From NCBI GenBank assembly GCA_963770565.1, contig CAVYQE010000002.1, positions 736,001 to 800,000 on the forward strand: a stretch of DNA of 64,000 nt, read 5' to 3'. Made by a program: the position numbers and the translations under genes. Shown here one piece after another: positions 47,389-56,483 of this stretch. Within the stretch, counting starts at the first letter, position 1. The number at the start of each line of letters is the position of its first letter. The DNA is from an uncultured Actinomycetota bacterium (lineage in GTDB: Bacteria > Actinomycetota > Actinomycetes > JAFAQI01). Below the pieces are notes generated by a model, which had not been told where the DNA came from, made no database searches, and saw only the letters and a program-made list of their open reading frames with translations.

Positions 47389-47576
47389 TGCGACTCGAAA
47401 ATCGCGGACGGTAAAACCGCAGGTCGTGCCCACAATTTGAGCGGCTTCAAGATCACGAGAATCGCCCGCGTGCCACGCCTGTGCCACATCGTCACGGGCA
47501 ACAACGGCAATCCGAGGGGCCCAACGGTCGTCCCCAGCCTGCCTCGGCTCGCCATCGCCGAAGGAGCCGAGTGACT

Positions 47577-47620
47577 GCTTCCCAAGCTGACAGTGCGGGT
47601 TCGATTCCCGTCGCCCGCTC
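47577..47620 (+). other. tRNA-Gly(CCC) 3' fragment (orphan att core)
   Basis: TTCCCAA anticodon loop, GCTGA, T-arm GCGGGTTCGATTCCCGT, acceptor 3' strand GCCCGC; no 5' half. Confidence 0.75.
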
Positions 47621-47880
47621 TCCTCTTCTACCAGGTAAAACCGCAGGTCAGGCCGTTTTCCGGCTCCGAAAACCTCGACAAGCTTGACCGCGAATACCCG
47701 TGATTTACCGGGTTGGGCCACAAGATGTGGCCCAGATGTGGCCCAATGATCTTGGTCTCACGTCGATGGACCGCGCGCCGAGAAAGTGGGCGCCGCCGAC
47801 CCCCGTCGCCCCGCAAGCACGGGCGCCGCACTCGTCACACAAGCCGGACCCGAAATCGGGATCCGCATCGTCGCAGTCGG

Positions 47881-48975
47881 TCAGGTCTCGCTGATCAACA
47901 CGCGCTCGTGGGTGTGGTCTGTGACCAGCACGATCTCGCGATCCCATCCGGTCACGACCTTGCCTCGAGTGAGGATTAGGCCTCCGAGTCCGGAGAGTCC
48001 ACCGGTGTCGAAGGGACCCTTCGCAGTCCGAAGAGTGTTGTGCCGCGAGAGTGTGAACAGTTCATGGTGTTGGCATGGCGTACTCGTTGACAGCCAGGCA
48101 AGCGAATTGCCCATCACACCGACCACGCCGTCACAACGCGGCCGTGTCGCGATGATCAGATGCCCTCCGGTGGTGAAGAGGCGCAGAAAACGGTGCACGG
48201 TCCTTCCCTCGACCGAGCACGCGATGTATTTCGTGGTCACGTTCGGGCAAGAGGTGACATGGGACCGGTTGACGGGAACGAATCGACGAAAGACGCCAGG
48301 TCGCTCGAACTTCATAACGACAGCGGACCCGTTGTTGTTGCCCTCGATATCGTTGTACACGACGAGCGCGGTTGAACTGGTGCGGAGCGTCAGGATGTGG
48401 CTGCCGCGGCCAGCTGGCTCGGGCGCGCCGAGGTTCGTCGACTTGCCCTTGGTCGTCTGCAGGTAGAGGAGATCGGGCTTGTCGGTCTCATGCTTCTGGA
48501 TAATCCAACCGTTCGGTGCCGCGGCAACCAGGTCCGTAGTGTTGCTGGTCCCGCCGCCGGCCAGTGATGGCTTGTCAGCGACGCGTCCATGAGCCCCAGT
48601 GTGTAGGTTTCGCCACGACAATGTCCCCGGCGTGTCGCCAGCTCCGAAGTAGATTGCCATCGCGCCAGCCAGATAGGCCCAAGACGTCGCCACATGGCTG
48701 CGCGTTGTGAGCAGATGCGGTTCGCCGTGCGCGGTCCGATAGTAGATCCCGCCAGTTCGTGCGGGCCTTCCGTCGGCCTTCTCCGCAGCGCGGGCGTATA
48801 TCAGGTAGCGCGCCGACGCAGCCAAAGGCATCACCATGTGGTGCGGGGTCTTCGTTGCCAAGTGCTGCGTGCTAACGCGCAAGTTGCTCGATGCCGCCCA
48901 CCCGGAGGTAGCGACGGGTGCCACGAGCAGCCCCGATGCGGCGAGCGTCGCGCCCAAACCTGTCGACCAATTCAT
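47881..48975 (-). CDS. Secreted hypothetical protein (beta-rich, basic)
   Basis: MNWSTGLG signal peptide; 364 aa. Confidence 0.65.
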   Translation of the reverse strand: MNWSTGLGATLAASGLLVAPVATSGWAASSNLRVSTQHLATKTPHHMVMPLAASARYLIYARAAEKADGRPARTGGIYYRTAHGEPHLLTTRSHVATSWAYLAGAMAIYFGAGDTPGTLSWRNLHTGAHGRVADKPSLAGGGTSNTTDLVAAAPNGWIIQKHETDKPDLLYLQTTKGKSTNLGAPEPAGRGSHILTLRTSSTALVVYNDIEGNNNGSAVVMKFERPGVFRRFVPVNRSHVTSCPNVTTKYIACSVEGRTVHRFLRLFTTGGHLIIATRPRCDGVVGVMGNSLAWLSTSTPCQHHELFTLSRHNTLRTAKGPFDTGGLSGLGGLILTRGKVVTGWDREIVLVTDHTHERVLISET

Positions 48976-49489
48976 ACTTCCCCAACGTACGCTGCGGTGC
49001 GGCCGTTGACACGCCCAGTAGAAGATCTGCCAATGCTTCGATGCCGATCTCAGTTCGTGAGGGCGGCGCGTCGGCGTCAGGTTCGTTCCGGGAGTAGGTC
49101 GTCGGAACCGCCCGGACCCCTGGCTCGAGAGTCTGACGCCTTGCGCCGGGGGTCGCCCGGGGGCCAAGGCGCCTGATGACAACGCCGGCTCAACGCGCGT
49201 AACGTACTCACTTCGGGACAGGCTTGGACGGGTCATGCGACGCCGGAGGAACGCGAATCGCACAGCACTTACCTTCGTGGCCTTCGAGTGGGCCGGTCCG
49301 GGACTGATGCCCGAGGTCGATGTGATCGACGTTGAGACGACGCCCAATCCCGCCGCTCCGGCTAGAAATGCACCCCGTGATGCGCGGGTTTCCGATGTGG
49401 TTGGCCGCCGTTGCCCACATCGGGTGCGAACGCTCCCTGTCCGATTCATCGCGATTATCCGCCCTTTCCGATTTCGACTGGAGCAAGTC

Positions 49490-50401
49490 ATGACGGTGCC
49501 ATCTGGAGCAGCTCTGATCGATGTAGCAAACTCGAGCGCTCTCATCCAGACCAACATTTCAGTTTATACGGCTAATCGAAATCCACAGTCACTCGTCATA
49601 TCCCCATACAACGGCGACCTATACATGATGCAGGTCGATGAGAGCAACAACCACGGCGACATCACACTTAACCGATACATCAAGAGTTCGGGGCAATGGA
49701 CGTTCAATGCATTCATGCACCTTCACGAATTTGGTCATGGTGTCGTGTTCGGCATCTGGTACAAGACGTCCACATCGACCCAGCACTTTTTCTCCGAAGC
49801 CGAAGCCGGTTCGAACGGTCGAGGTCAGAAACTGACAAACTTCATATATTCAGCCGGTGAACAGCTGGATAATACCGGAATAGACACCTACGACCCGGGG
49901 CTTGGCAGCGACTATTCATGCGTCGTCGACCCGACGAACACTTACATCGCGGTTCGATACAAGACCAGTGACGGCACGTGGCACTATCAGGCGTACTACG
50001 TGGCCGACTTCATGGATGCAAACTACAGTTCGCCGCTCGTCGGTTCAGGCGGTCTGGACGAGGTCCCAGACGACGACAGCGCCGGTACCGGCGGTGACAT
50101 TTCATTCCAAGGATGGACCGTGGTTGGCCATTACCTTTATACCATTTCACAGACAAACACAGCAACGCCCGACTATCCGGTAAACACGGTTCGAATTAGA
50201 TCGTACGACATGAACCATTCGCAAAACGGATCGGGCGGATATATCAAGCTTGCCCATCACGGTCACCCATCCCCCGGCGACAGCAATCCGGAGTGGGAGG
50301 GCATCACCTACGGGGATTCCGACTATGCGCTCTACTACATGCTCCGCACAGTCACGAGCGGTGTTCATTACTTTAATCTTCACGCCATCCAACACAACTG
50401 A
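49490..50401 (+). CDS. Hypothetical beta-propeller protein resembling the TagC/phage receptor-binding family
   Basis: PQS....GDLYMMQ, GDITLNR, M.L..FGHG..FG, FQGW, EWEGI; lower GC than the host backbone; GGAG RBS. Confidence 0.55.
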   Translation: MTVPSGAALIDVANSSALIQTNISVYTANRNPQSLVISPYNGDLYMMQVDESNNHGDITLNRYIKSSGQWTFNAFMHLHEFGHGVVFGIWYKTSTSTQHFFSEAEAGSNGRGQKLTNFIYSAGEQLDNTGIDTYDPGLGSDYSCVVDPTNTYIAVRYKTSDGTWHYQAYYVADFMDANYSSPLVGSGGLDEVPDDDSAGTGGDISFQGWTVVGHYLYTISQTNTATPDYPVNTVRIRSYDMNHSQNGSGGYIKLAHHGHPSPGDSNPEWEGITYGDSDYALYYMLRTVTSGVHYFNLHAIQHN

Positions 50402-50479
50402 ACTCAATTTCGTTTCGCAACCGTCCGCACGAGATACCGATTAGCCAGGCACGGTTCAATTCTTATGGTCGGCCTCGCC

Positions 50480-53179
50480 CTAGCGGCTGATGCCGTATCC
50501 GCAGTCTGGTTCGGGTGCGTGTTGCCGGTACGGGTCGCGCTCGCGATCGAGTCCGGTGCCCCGGCGAACCGGGCCGGGCATCCATCGCATCTCGGTTCGG
50601 GTCGGGCGGTGAACGACCGCTGCGTCTGGAAGTCGGGTGTGTGCAGCTGCGGTGTCACCCGTGGTGGCGAGGATCCGCTCGAGCTGGTCGGTCGGGTTGA
50701 TGGGCCGACGCTGCCAATCACGTGGGGTGATCTCGGGGTCGGGTTCGCCGGCAAGGTAGATGTGGTTGGTTTCGCGACCGCGGCTCATCGCGACGTAGAG
50801 CCGGGTCCGGTCCAGCCCGGGTCGGGCGAGGGTCAGCGAGTGGTCGGCGGTGCCGCCTTGAGCGGTGTCGATGGTCGACGCCCACCCGTAGGTCGCATGG
50901 TCGCTCATATAGTCATGCGGCAGGACGGCGAGCTCGGGTCCGTCGAGGCGCTGCACGGTCAGCCCCGCGTCGGTGCGGCCGGTGACGGTGAAGATGTCAC
51001 CGTTGCGCAGATGGTCGGCACCGACCGGGATCCGGCGGTTGTTTCGGGTGACGCGCAGCCGGTCACCGACCCGCCAATCGTGGTCGCCGGCGGTGAGCAG
51101 CGGTTCGCCGCGGACTTCTCCTATAGATATGGCGTGGTGGCGGGCGCGGGTGTTGAGCGCCTCGACGTCGTCGTGGGTGCGGGCGAGCAGCAGCACCCGG
51201 CCGCCCCGCACACTCAGCCGCCGGTAGTGGGTGAGGACCGTGTCGTAGGGGTCAGCGTCTAGCGCGATGGGGTGGACGCGGTCGTGGTCGAGGTAGTCGG
51301 GGATGCAGGCCGGGTTCCCGACCCGCAGCTGCAATGAGGCGGCGCGCTCCCAGACGCGCCCGATGCGGTGCACCACTGCCAGCGACGGCGCGCCGAGCCG
51401 GTTGGCCAGCGCCGGCAGCATGCCGCCGGCGGCGTCGATCGCGGTGATCTGCGCCGGGTCGCCGACCAGCAGCAGCTTCCCGCCCACCGCCGCCACCTGC
51501 CGGGTGATCGCGTGCAGGTCGGCAGTGGCGAGCATCGACGCCTCGTCGACGATCAGCACCCCGCCGCGGCGGAGCCGATAGGCCGGGTCGACCGGCCAGT
51601 GCTGCTGTTCGTGCAGGTACTTCGCGACGGTATCGGCGGCCATCCCGGTCGCAGCATTGAGTTCTCTCGCGGCCCGGGCGGACGGCGCCAACCCCATCAC
51701 CTGACGGCCCGACGCCGCCCAGGCGAGCACGGCCGCCTCGATCGTGGTGGTCTTTCCGGTGCCGGCCGGCGCGACCAGCACACCGAGCTGGTCACCGCTT
51801 CGGGTCAACACGTTCACGGCCGAGGTTTGGGTCGGATCCAACCCGGCCCGCGCGCAGGCATCCCGCACCACTGTGCTCGGGCAGATCGCCGTCCCGCTGC
51901 GACGTCCGGCGTCAGCGAACTCGAGAATCTCAAGCTCCTCGCCAAGCGTGGCCGCGGAGGCGTAACGGGCGTCGGAACTGCGGACCGGGCCATCCCGCTC
52001 CGGTGTGAGAGTCACCGCTTCACTGGTTCGCAGCGCGTCGTCGGTGAGCCGCTCCACCCAGTCCCGAACAGCGTCAGCTTTCAGTCCGGCGGCGGGGAGG
52101 CGGGCTGCGACCTCGACCGCCAGATCCGACCGGCTGAACACCGCCCTGCGGGCACCGGCCGCCATCACCGCCTCGATCAGTAGCCCGTCGATGTCCGACT
52201 GGTCGAACCGAGCGTGATCGCCCACCGCCATATCGACCGCATCCCGAAGCCGGTGCGGGGTCCAGCCCAGTGCAGCGGCTTCGGCATGCCAACGCTCAGT
52301 CAGGCTGATGATGTCCACCTGCTCCTTGTCCGGCCGGGTCTTGATCACCGCGACCTTCACCACCGCGGTGCGTTCCGCGGAGGTCAGCGGCCGGCCCAGC
52401 TCCGCCTCATACGCCGCGATCACCGGCTCGGCGTCAGCCAGCGTCTGCGCGGTGCGGGCCGACCAGCGTGTCATCAGCCCGGTCGGGACACCGGCGATCT
52501 CGGCCTGCCCGTCCTTGCTCACCTCGGTCCAGCCGACGCCGAGCCGGCGAGTCAGCTCAGCACGCAGCGCGGCCTGGTAGATCGCGCCGGCGGACTTCTT
52601 GTGGGCGTAGACCTCATGGCCGTCCACCGTCCGCCAGCCGCCGTCGGCGCATGCGAGCTTGTTCAGCACCAGCGCGTGCGTGTGCAGCTGCGGATCACCC
52701 GCCCGTGACGTGCGGTGGTCGAATACCGCCGCCGCAAACCCTTCCGTGTCGACCTGAGTCAGCCCGTCCCGGCCAACCCGCGAGAACGCAGCGTGAGTGT
52801 CCAGGTAGTCCAACCCGGCCCGCACCGCCGCCGCATGCGCAGCCGTCACCAGCGCAGCGACATCGCCACCGCCCAGCGCCCACAACGTGGACACCGACTT
52901 CGGGGCGGAGAAGCACAGGTCGTAGCCAGTCACCCCGTCCGAGCGCCACCCCCGCCCCAGCTGGAACCGACCGACCGGATGCAGCGCCCGGCCGAACGTC
53001 GCCTCCAACTGCCACTCCCGCACGTGGCCGCCGACATCGAGACCTAGCTGTACAACACCCCGGCCGTACCAACGTCCCGGTGCCTCACCGACACCAAGGA
53101 AGTACTCACACGCCCCGTGCCCGACCTGGTTCGCGTAGTAGCGCCACGACCCGCACCGGATCTTCGCCGTCGACAACAT
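50480..53179 (-). CDS. MOBF (TrwC) relaxase-helicase, intact
   Basis: WRYY, YDLCFSAPKSVS, HRTSRAGDPQLHTH, APAGTGKT, DEAS, GDPAQ, LYVAMSRGR. Confidence 0.93.
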   Translation of the reverse strand: MLSTAKIRCGSWRYYANQVGHGACEYFLGVGEAPGRWYGRGVVQLGLDVGGHVREWQLEATFGRALHPVGRFQLGRGWRSDGVTGYDLCFSAPKSVSTLWALGGGDVAALVTAAHAAAVRAGLDYLDTHAAFSRVGRDGLTQVDTEGFAAAVFDHRTSRAGDPQLHTHALVLNKLACADGGWRTVDGHEVYAHKKSAGAIYQAALRAELTRRLGVGWTEVSKDGQAEIAGVPTGLMTRWSARTAQTLADAEPVIAAYEAELGRPLTSAERTAVVKVAVIKTRPDKEQVDIISLTERWHAEAAALGWTPHRLRDAVDMAVGDHARFDQSDIDGLLIEAVMAAGARRAVFSRSDLAVEVAARLPAAGLKADAVRDWVERLTDDALRTSEAVTLTPERDGPVRSSDARYASAATLGEELEILEFADAGRRSGTAICPSTVVRDACARAGLDPTQTSAVNVLTRSGDQLGVLVAPAGTGKTTTIEAAVLAWAASGRQVMGLAPSARAARELNAATGMAADTVAKYLHEQQHWPVDPAYRLRRGGVLIVDEASMLATADLHAITRQVAAVGGKLLLVGDPAQITAIDAAGGMLPALANRLGAPSLAVVHRIGRVWERAASLQLRVGNPACIPDYLDHDRVHPIALDADPYDTVLTHYRRLSVRGGRVLLLARTHDDVEALNTRARHHAISIGEVRGEPLLTAGDHDWRVGDRLRVTRNNRRIPVGADHLRNGDIFTVTGRTDAGLTVQRLDGPELAVLPHDYMSDHATYGWASTIDTAQGGTADHSLTLARPGLDRTRLYVAMSRGRETNHIYLAGEPDPEITPRDWQRRPINPTDQLERILATTGDTAAAHTRLPDAAVVHRPTRTEMRWMPGPVRRGTGLDRERDPYRQHAPEPDCGYGISR

Positions 53180-53182
53180 GAG

Positions 53183-53207
53183 CCGCACCGTACGCATCCC
53201 CGATGCA
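53183..53207 (-). other. Candidate oriT of island 2
   Basis: Minus strand TGCATC-GGG-GATGCGTACGGTGCGG: hairpin plus TGCGTNNNGTGY-GG, resembling F/R100 MOBF nic sites, just before the relaxase ATG. Confidence 0.55.
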
Positions 53208-53399
53208 CATGTCTGCCGGGATTGTGGGGCGGGGGTTGAAGGTCGGAGAGTGGGAGCGGATGCGACGGAAAGTGCTGGTAACTAAAGGATTCTGGCGGTC
53301 GGCAGAGGTGCTGTTGGCGTGGTCGGACCGGACGAGTTGAGAAATTTGCGCGCGGTCGGGCGTGTCGTGGGCTCGATTCCCCGGCGGCGCGCCGTCTTG

Positions 53400-53807
53400 C
53401 TACGGGTGGAGGGTGAAGGCGTCGATGTGCTGCGGCTTGACCACGGTGAAGTGCCGGTGGTCCAGGGTCGCGATGTCCGTCTCGCCGAATCGTTCGGCCA
53501 ACGCGATCACGGTCGCGTCGGTCGTCCCGAGCCCGAGGTCGGCGTAGGTGTCGACCAGGTCCGCGGCGCGGAGCAGGTCGACGGTCGTCGGCGACTCGAC
53601 CTGGTACCGGTCGGTCGTCAACGATCGCAGGAACGCAGACTCGACTGCGGCCCCGAGTTCGCGAGCGATCAGGTAGGCGGTCTCGGCGATCACTAGCGCC
53701 GCCACGATCGCCGTACCGGTCAAGGTCTCCAGCAGGAGGCGCGAGGCTTCGTGATCCGGGTCATCGCGGTTTGCGGCCGCGACGAACACGCCGGTGTCGA
53801 CGATCAC
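53400..53807 (-). CDS. PIN-domain (VapC-like) toxin
   Basis: IVDTG, IAET, DATVIA.AE, TLDHRHF. Confidence 0.9.
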   Translation of the reverse strand: MIVDTGVFVAAANRDDPDHEASRLLLETLTGTAIVAALVIAETAYLIARELGAAVESAFLRSLTTDRYQVESPTTVDLLRAADLVDTYADLGLGTTDATVIALAERFGETDIATLDHRHFTVVKPQHIDAFTLHP

Positions 53808-54022
53808 TACTCGCGACCGAAACCCTCAGCCAGGTGCTCGTCGACGTCGCGTCCGCGCAGTCGGGTTGACGACCCGGCGCCCACAAACTCATATGGGTCC
53901 TGCGCCAACAGACGAAGCACCGCGTCCTTCGCCAGATCCTCTGGGCTGACACCCGCTCGCTCTGCTCGTTCCCTAAGCCGCGACAGTGTCGCGTCGTCGA
54001 GATCGAGGTGCATCGCGGTCAT
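53807..54022 (-). CDS. RHH/CopG-like antitoxin
   Basis: MHLDLDD....LRERAER.GVS...L....V; coupled to the PIN gene. Confidence 0.8.
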   Translation of the reverse strand: MTAMHLDLDDATLSRLRERAERAGVSPEDLAKDAVLRLLAQDPYEFVGAGSSTRLRGRDVDEHLAEGFGRE

Positions 54023-54056
54023 GGTCAAAGTGTAGGTCCGAGCGTGTCTACCGTCT

Positions 54057-54761
54057 CTACCTGCGATCCCGCTTGGTCCTCGCAACCGTCTTCTTTGCTG
54101 GGCGGAGCATGTACTCCGAGTCGTTGGCCTTCTCCGCGACATAGCCGCGGATCCCGACCTGGCGGAGGTGGTCGAAGAAGCGGCCCATCTCCTCCGCGGC
54201 CTGGTCGAGCCGGTCGGCGTGGGAGTCGAGCATCGCGAGCAGCAGCTCTTTGCGGCGGGTTGGGTAGTCCAGCAGCGTCCGTTCCGTCGGGCCGCCGTAG
54301 ACCCTTTCGAGGACGAGGTCGGACTCGTCGGGCTCGACGTGCCCGAGCTCGGCGAACCGCTCCCGCAGGTACTCGAGCTGGTCGTTGCGGCCCATCGCGA
54401 GCAGGTACAGCTCGTTCACCCGGTCCCCGGTGCCTTGCAGGTTGCGGTGGTCCCCCGGCGGTGGGATGAAGAACCACACCAAGGGCAGGTCGAACCCGCA
54501 CGCGAACGCGAGCAGCTCCTGCGCGTCGAACTCCCGGCGTTTCGCACCGCCGTAGGCGCCCTCGATCCCGGAGACCGCGGCCTGCTTCAGCCGGACGCCG
54601 AGGAACGGGGCGAGCCGGTCCGCGGCCTCGTCCTGGGTCAGACCCCGGAGCTCACGAGCGCGGCGGAAGTTGTAGGCGACGATCTCGTTGAGGTTCACCC
54701 CGTCCCGGGTCGGCCGTGCCAGTCCGTCCTGGTCGGTCTCAGTACGTCTGCCGCGTGCCAC
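54057..54761 (-). CDS. XRE-family HTH regulator with extended C-terminal domain
   Basis: NFRRARELRGLTQDEAADRL; homolog of 28457-29152. Confidence 0.85.
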   Translation of the reverse strand: MARGRRTETDQDGLARPTRDGVNLNEIVAYNFRRARELRGLTQDEAADRLAPFLGVRLKQAAVSGIEGAYGGAKRREFDAQELLAFACGFDLPLVWFFIPPPGDHRNLQGTGDRVNELYLLAMGRNDQLEYLRERFAELGHVEPDESDLVLERVYGGPTERTLLDYPTRRKELLLAMLDSHADRLDQAAEEMGRFFDHLRQVGIRGYVAEKANDSEYMLRPAKKTVARTKRDRR

Positions 54762-54887
54762 CAGAGCAACCTACACCCGCCGCAAGTGATACAGCGACTT
54801 GCCACGGTCGATATTCGGCGTATGGTCACAGGCAATACCTGCATTGCTTGCCGGTGATGTCCGGCAGCCGGCTGGAAGGAGCCTGCC

Positions 54888-55103
54888 GTGTCCCTGCTGA
54901 CCGTCGACGAAGCCGCTGAGCGGCTGTCCACCAAGCCCCGGTTCATCCGCCGGCTGATCGCCGAAAAGCGGATTCCGTACGTCAAGCTCGGCAGCCACGT
55001 CCGAATCGACAGCACGGACCTCGATGCGTTTATCGCCGCCGGACGGGTTCAGCCACCGGCTCGACAGCTCAGCCTCGGTTATCCACAACCTGCCCGTCGG
55101 TAG
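54888..55103 (+). CDS. Excisionase-like HTH_17 protein
   Basis: LLTVDEAAERL...IRRLI...IPYVKLG.HVRI...DLDAFI; AGGAG RBS. Confidence 0.88.
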   Translation: MSLLTVDEAAERLSTKPRFIRRLIAEKRIPYVKLGSHVRIDSTDLDAFIAAGRVQPPARQLSLGYPQPARR

Positions 55104-55142
55104 CCCACTGCTGTCGGCTCCCCGCCTTCACTGAACGTTGTC

Positions 55143-56303
55143 ATGACCAGACGGGACTTCGGAAGCGTCCGCCGGCTGCCCAGCGGCCGCTGGCAGGCCC
55201 GCTTCCGCGATCCGACCGGTCACCTTCACACCAAGACATTCGTCACTCGCGGCGACGCCTCCCGATTCCTAGCCAACGCCCGGGTCGACATCAGCCGAGG
55301 CGACTGGTTCGATCCGACCAGCGGCCAGCAGCGCCTCGAGGACTTCGCGACATCGTGGATCTCGACCCGCAGGGTCCGTGGGCGTCCGATCACACCGCGG
55401 ACCCGCGAGCGCTACGAGAGCATCCTTCGCACCCACATCACCCCAGCACTCGGCCCTGTGGCGCTTCGCGACCTCGACCCGGCGCGGGTGCGGCGCTGGT
55501 ACGCGGCATTAGACAGCCAGGACAAGCCCGGGCCGGCGACAGTCGCGAAGTGCTACAGGCTGCTGCACGCGATCTGCAATACCGCCGTCGTCGAAGGTGA
55601 GATTCCACGCAACCCGTGCCTGATCCCGGGTGCAAGCGCCGAAGGTAGTCCCGAGCGACCGATCGCGACGCTCGCGCAGGTCTACGCCCTCGCCGATGCG
55701 GTCGGCGCCAGATGGCGGGCGATGGTGCTGCTCGCGACCTTCTGCGGGCTGCGCTTCGGGGAGCTCGCCGCGCTGACCCGTGAGCGGCTCGATCTGGTCC
55801 ACGCGACCGTGACGATCACCGAGGACCTTGACGAGATCGGCGGCCGGCTCCAGCGCGGTGACGTCAAGTCCGCGGCCAGCCGCCGCAGCGTCGCAATCCC
55901 CGCCGTGATCTTGCCCGACCTCCAAACGCACCTGACCAGCTACGCCGAGCCAGGGCCACGCGGCCTGGTCTTCGTCGGCACCCGCGGCGGGCAGTTGCGG
56001 CGCGGCAACTTCCGGCGCTCGGTCTGGCAGCCCGCCGCCGACGCGGTTGGGGTCCCCGGGCTGCGCTTTCACGACCTGCGCCACACCGGAAACACCCTCG
56101 CCGCAGCCACCGGCGCCAGCACCCGCGAGCTGATGGTCCGGATGGGACATGCCAGCAGCCGAGCCGCGCTGATCTACCAACACGCCACTCGCGACCGCGA
56201 CGCCGCGATCGCCGCCGCGCTGAGCGATCTGGTCACCGGTGCCCGCAGCACCGACCGCCCGGGCGCGGTCCCGATCCTGCGCAAGGCCGCCGAGGCCGAG
56301 TAG
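55143..56303 (+). CDS. Tyrosine recombinase/integrase
   Basis: FGSVRRLPSGRWQAR; CGLRFGE, VKS, HDLRH, MGH, YQH. Confidence 0.95.
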   Translation: MTRRDFGSVRRLPSGRWQARFRDPTGHLHTKTFVTRGDASRFLANARVDISRGDWFDPTSGQQRLEDFATSWISTRRVRGRPITPRTRERYESILRTHITPALGPVALRDLDPARVRRWYAALDSQDKPGPATVAKCYRLLHAICNTAVVEGEIPRNPCLIPGASAEGSPERPIATLAQVYALADAVGARWRAMVLLATFCGLRFGELAALTRERLDLVHATVTITEDLDEIGGRLQRGDVKSAASRRSVAIPAVILPDLQTHLTSYAEPGPRGLVFVGTRGGQLRRGNFRRSVWQPAADAVGVPGLRFHDLRHTGNTLAAATGASTRELMVRMGHASSRAALIYQHATRDRDAAIAAALSDLVTGARSTDRPGAVPILRKAAEAE

Positions 56304-56349
56304 TTCGCCCTCTCGGGACGACCTTGCAATCTTGAAAAGCCATGATCAC

Positions 56350-56387
56350 GTGCCATTCGCGTGCCACAACGTGCCACAACGTGCCAC
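56350..56387. repeat. Integrase arm-type repeats GTGCCAC at ~10-bp period
   Basis: 56361, 56371, 56381 plus a variant at 56350; also 47470 and 47481 at the far end. Confidence 0.75.
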
Positions 56388-56483
56388 TAGAAACGGACAT
56401 TAGAGGACACCCGCGGGGTGCCTCGGTGATCATCGGTCAGTAGGCCCACAGGCCGCTGAACTGCCATTTTATCTGATTTTCGG

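Noticed and set aside
47341-47620. Two additional tRNA genes
   Set aside because: Both lack the 5' half (acceptor 5' strand and D arm); they are att fragments
56350-56390. GTGCCACAAC tandem repeats as CRISPR or iterons
   Set aside because: 10-bp period with no spacers, cas or rep genes; position fits integrase arm sites
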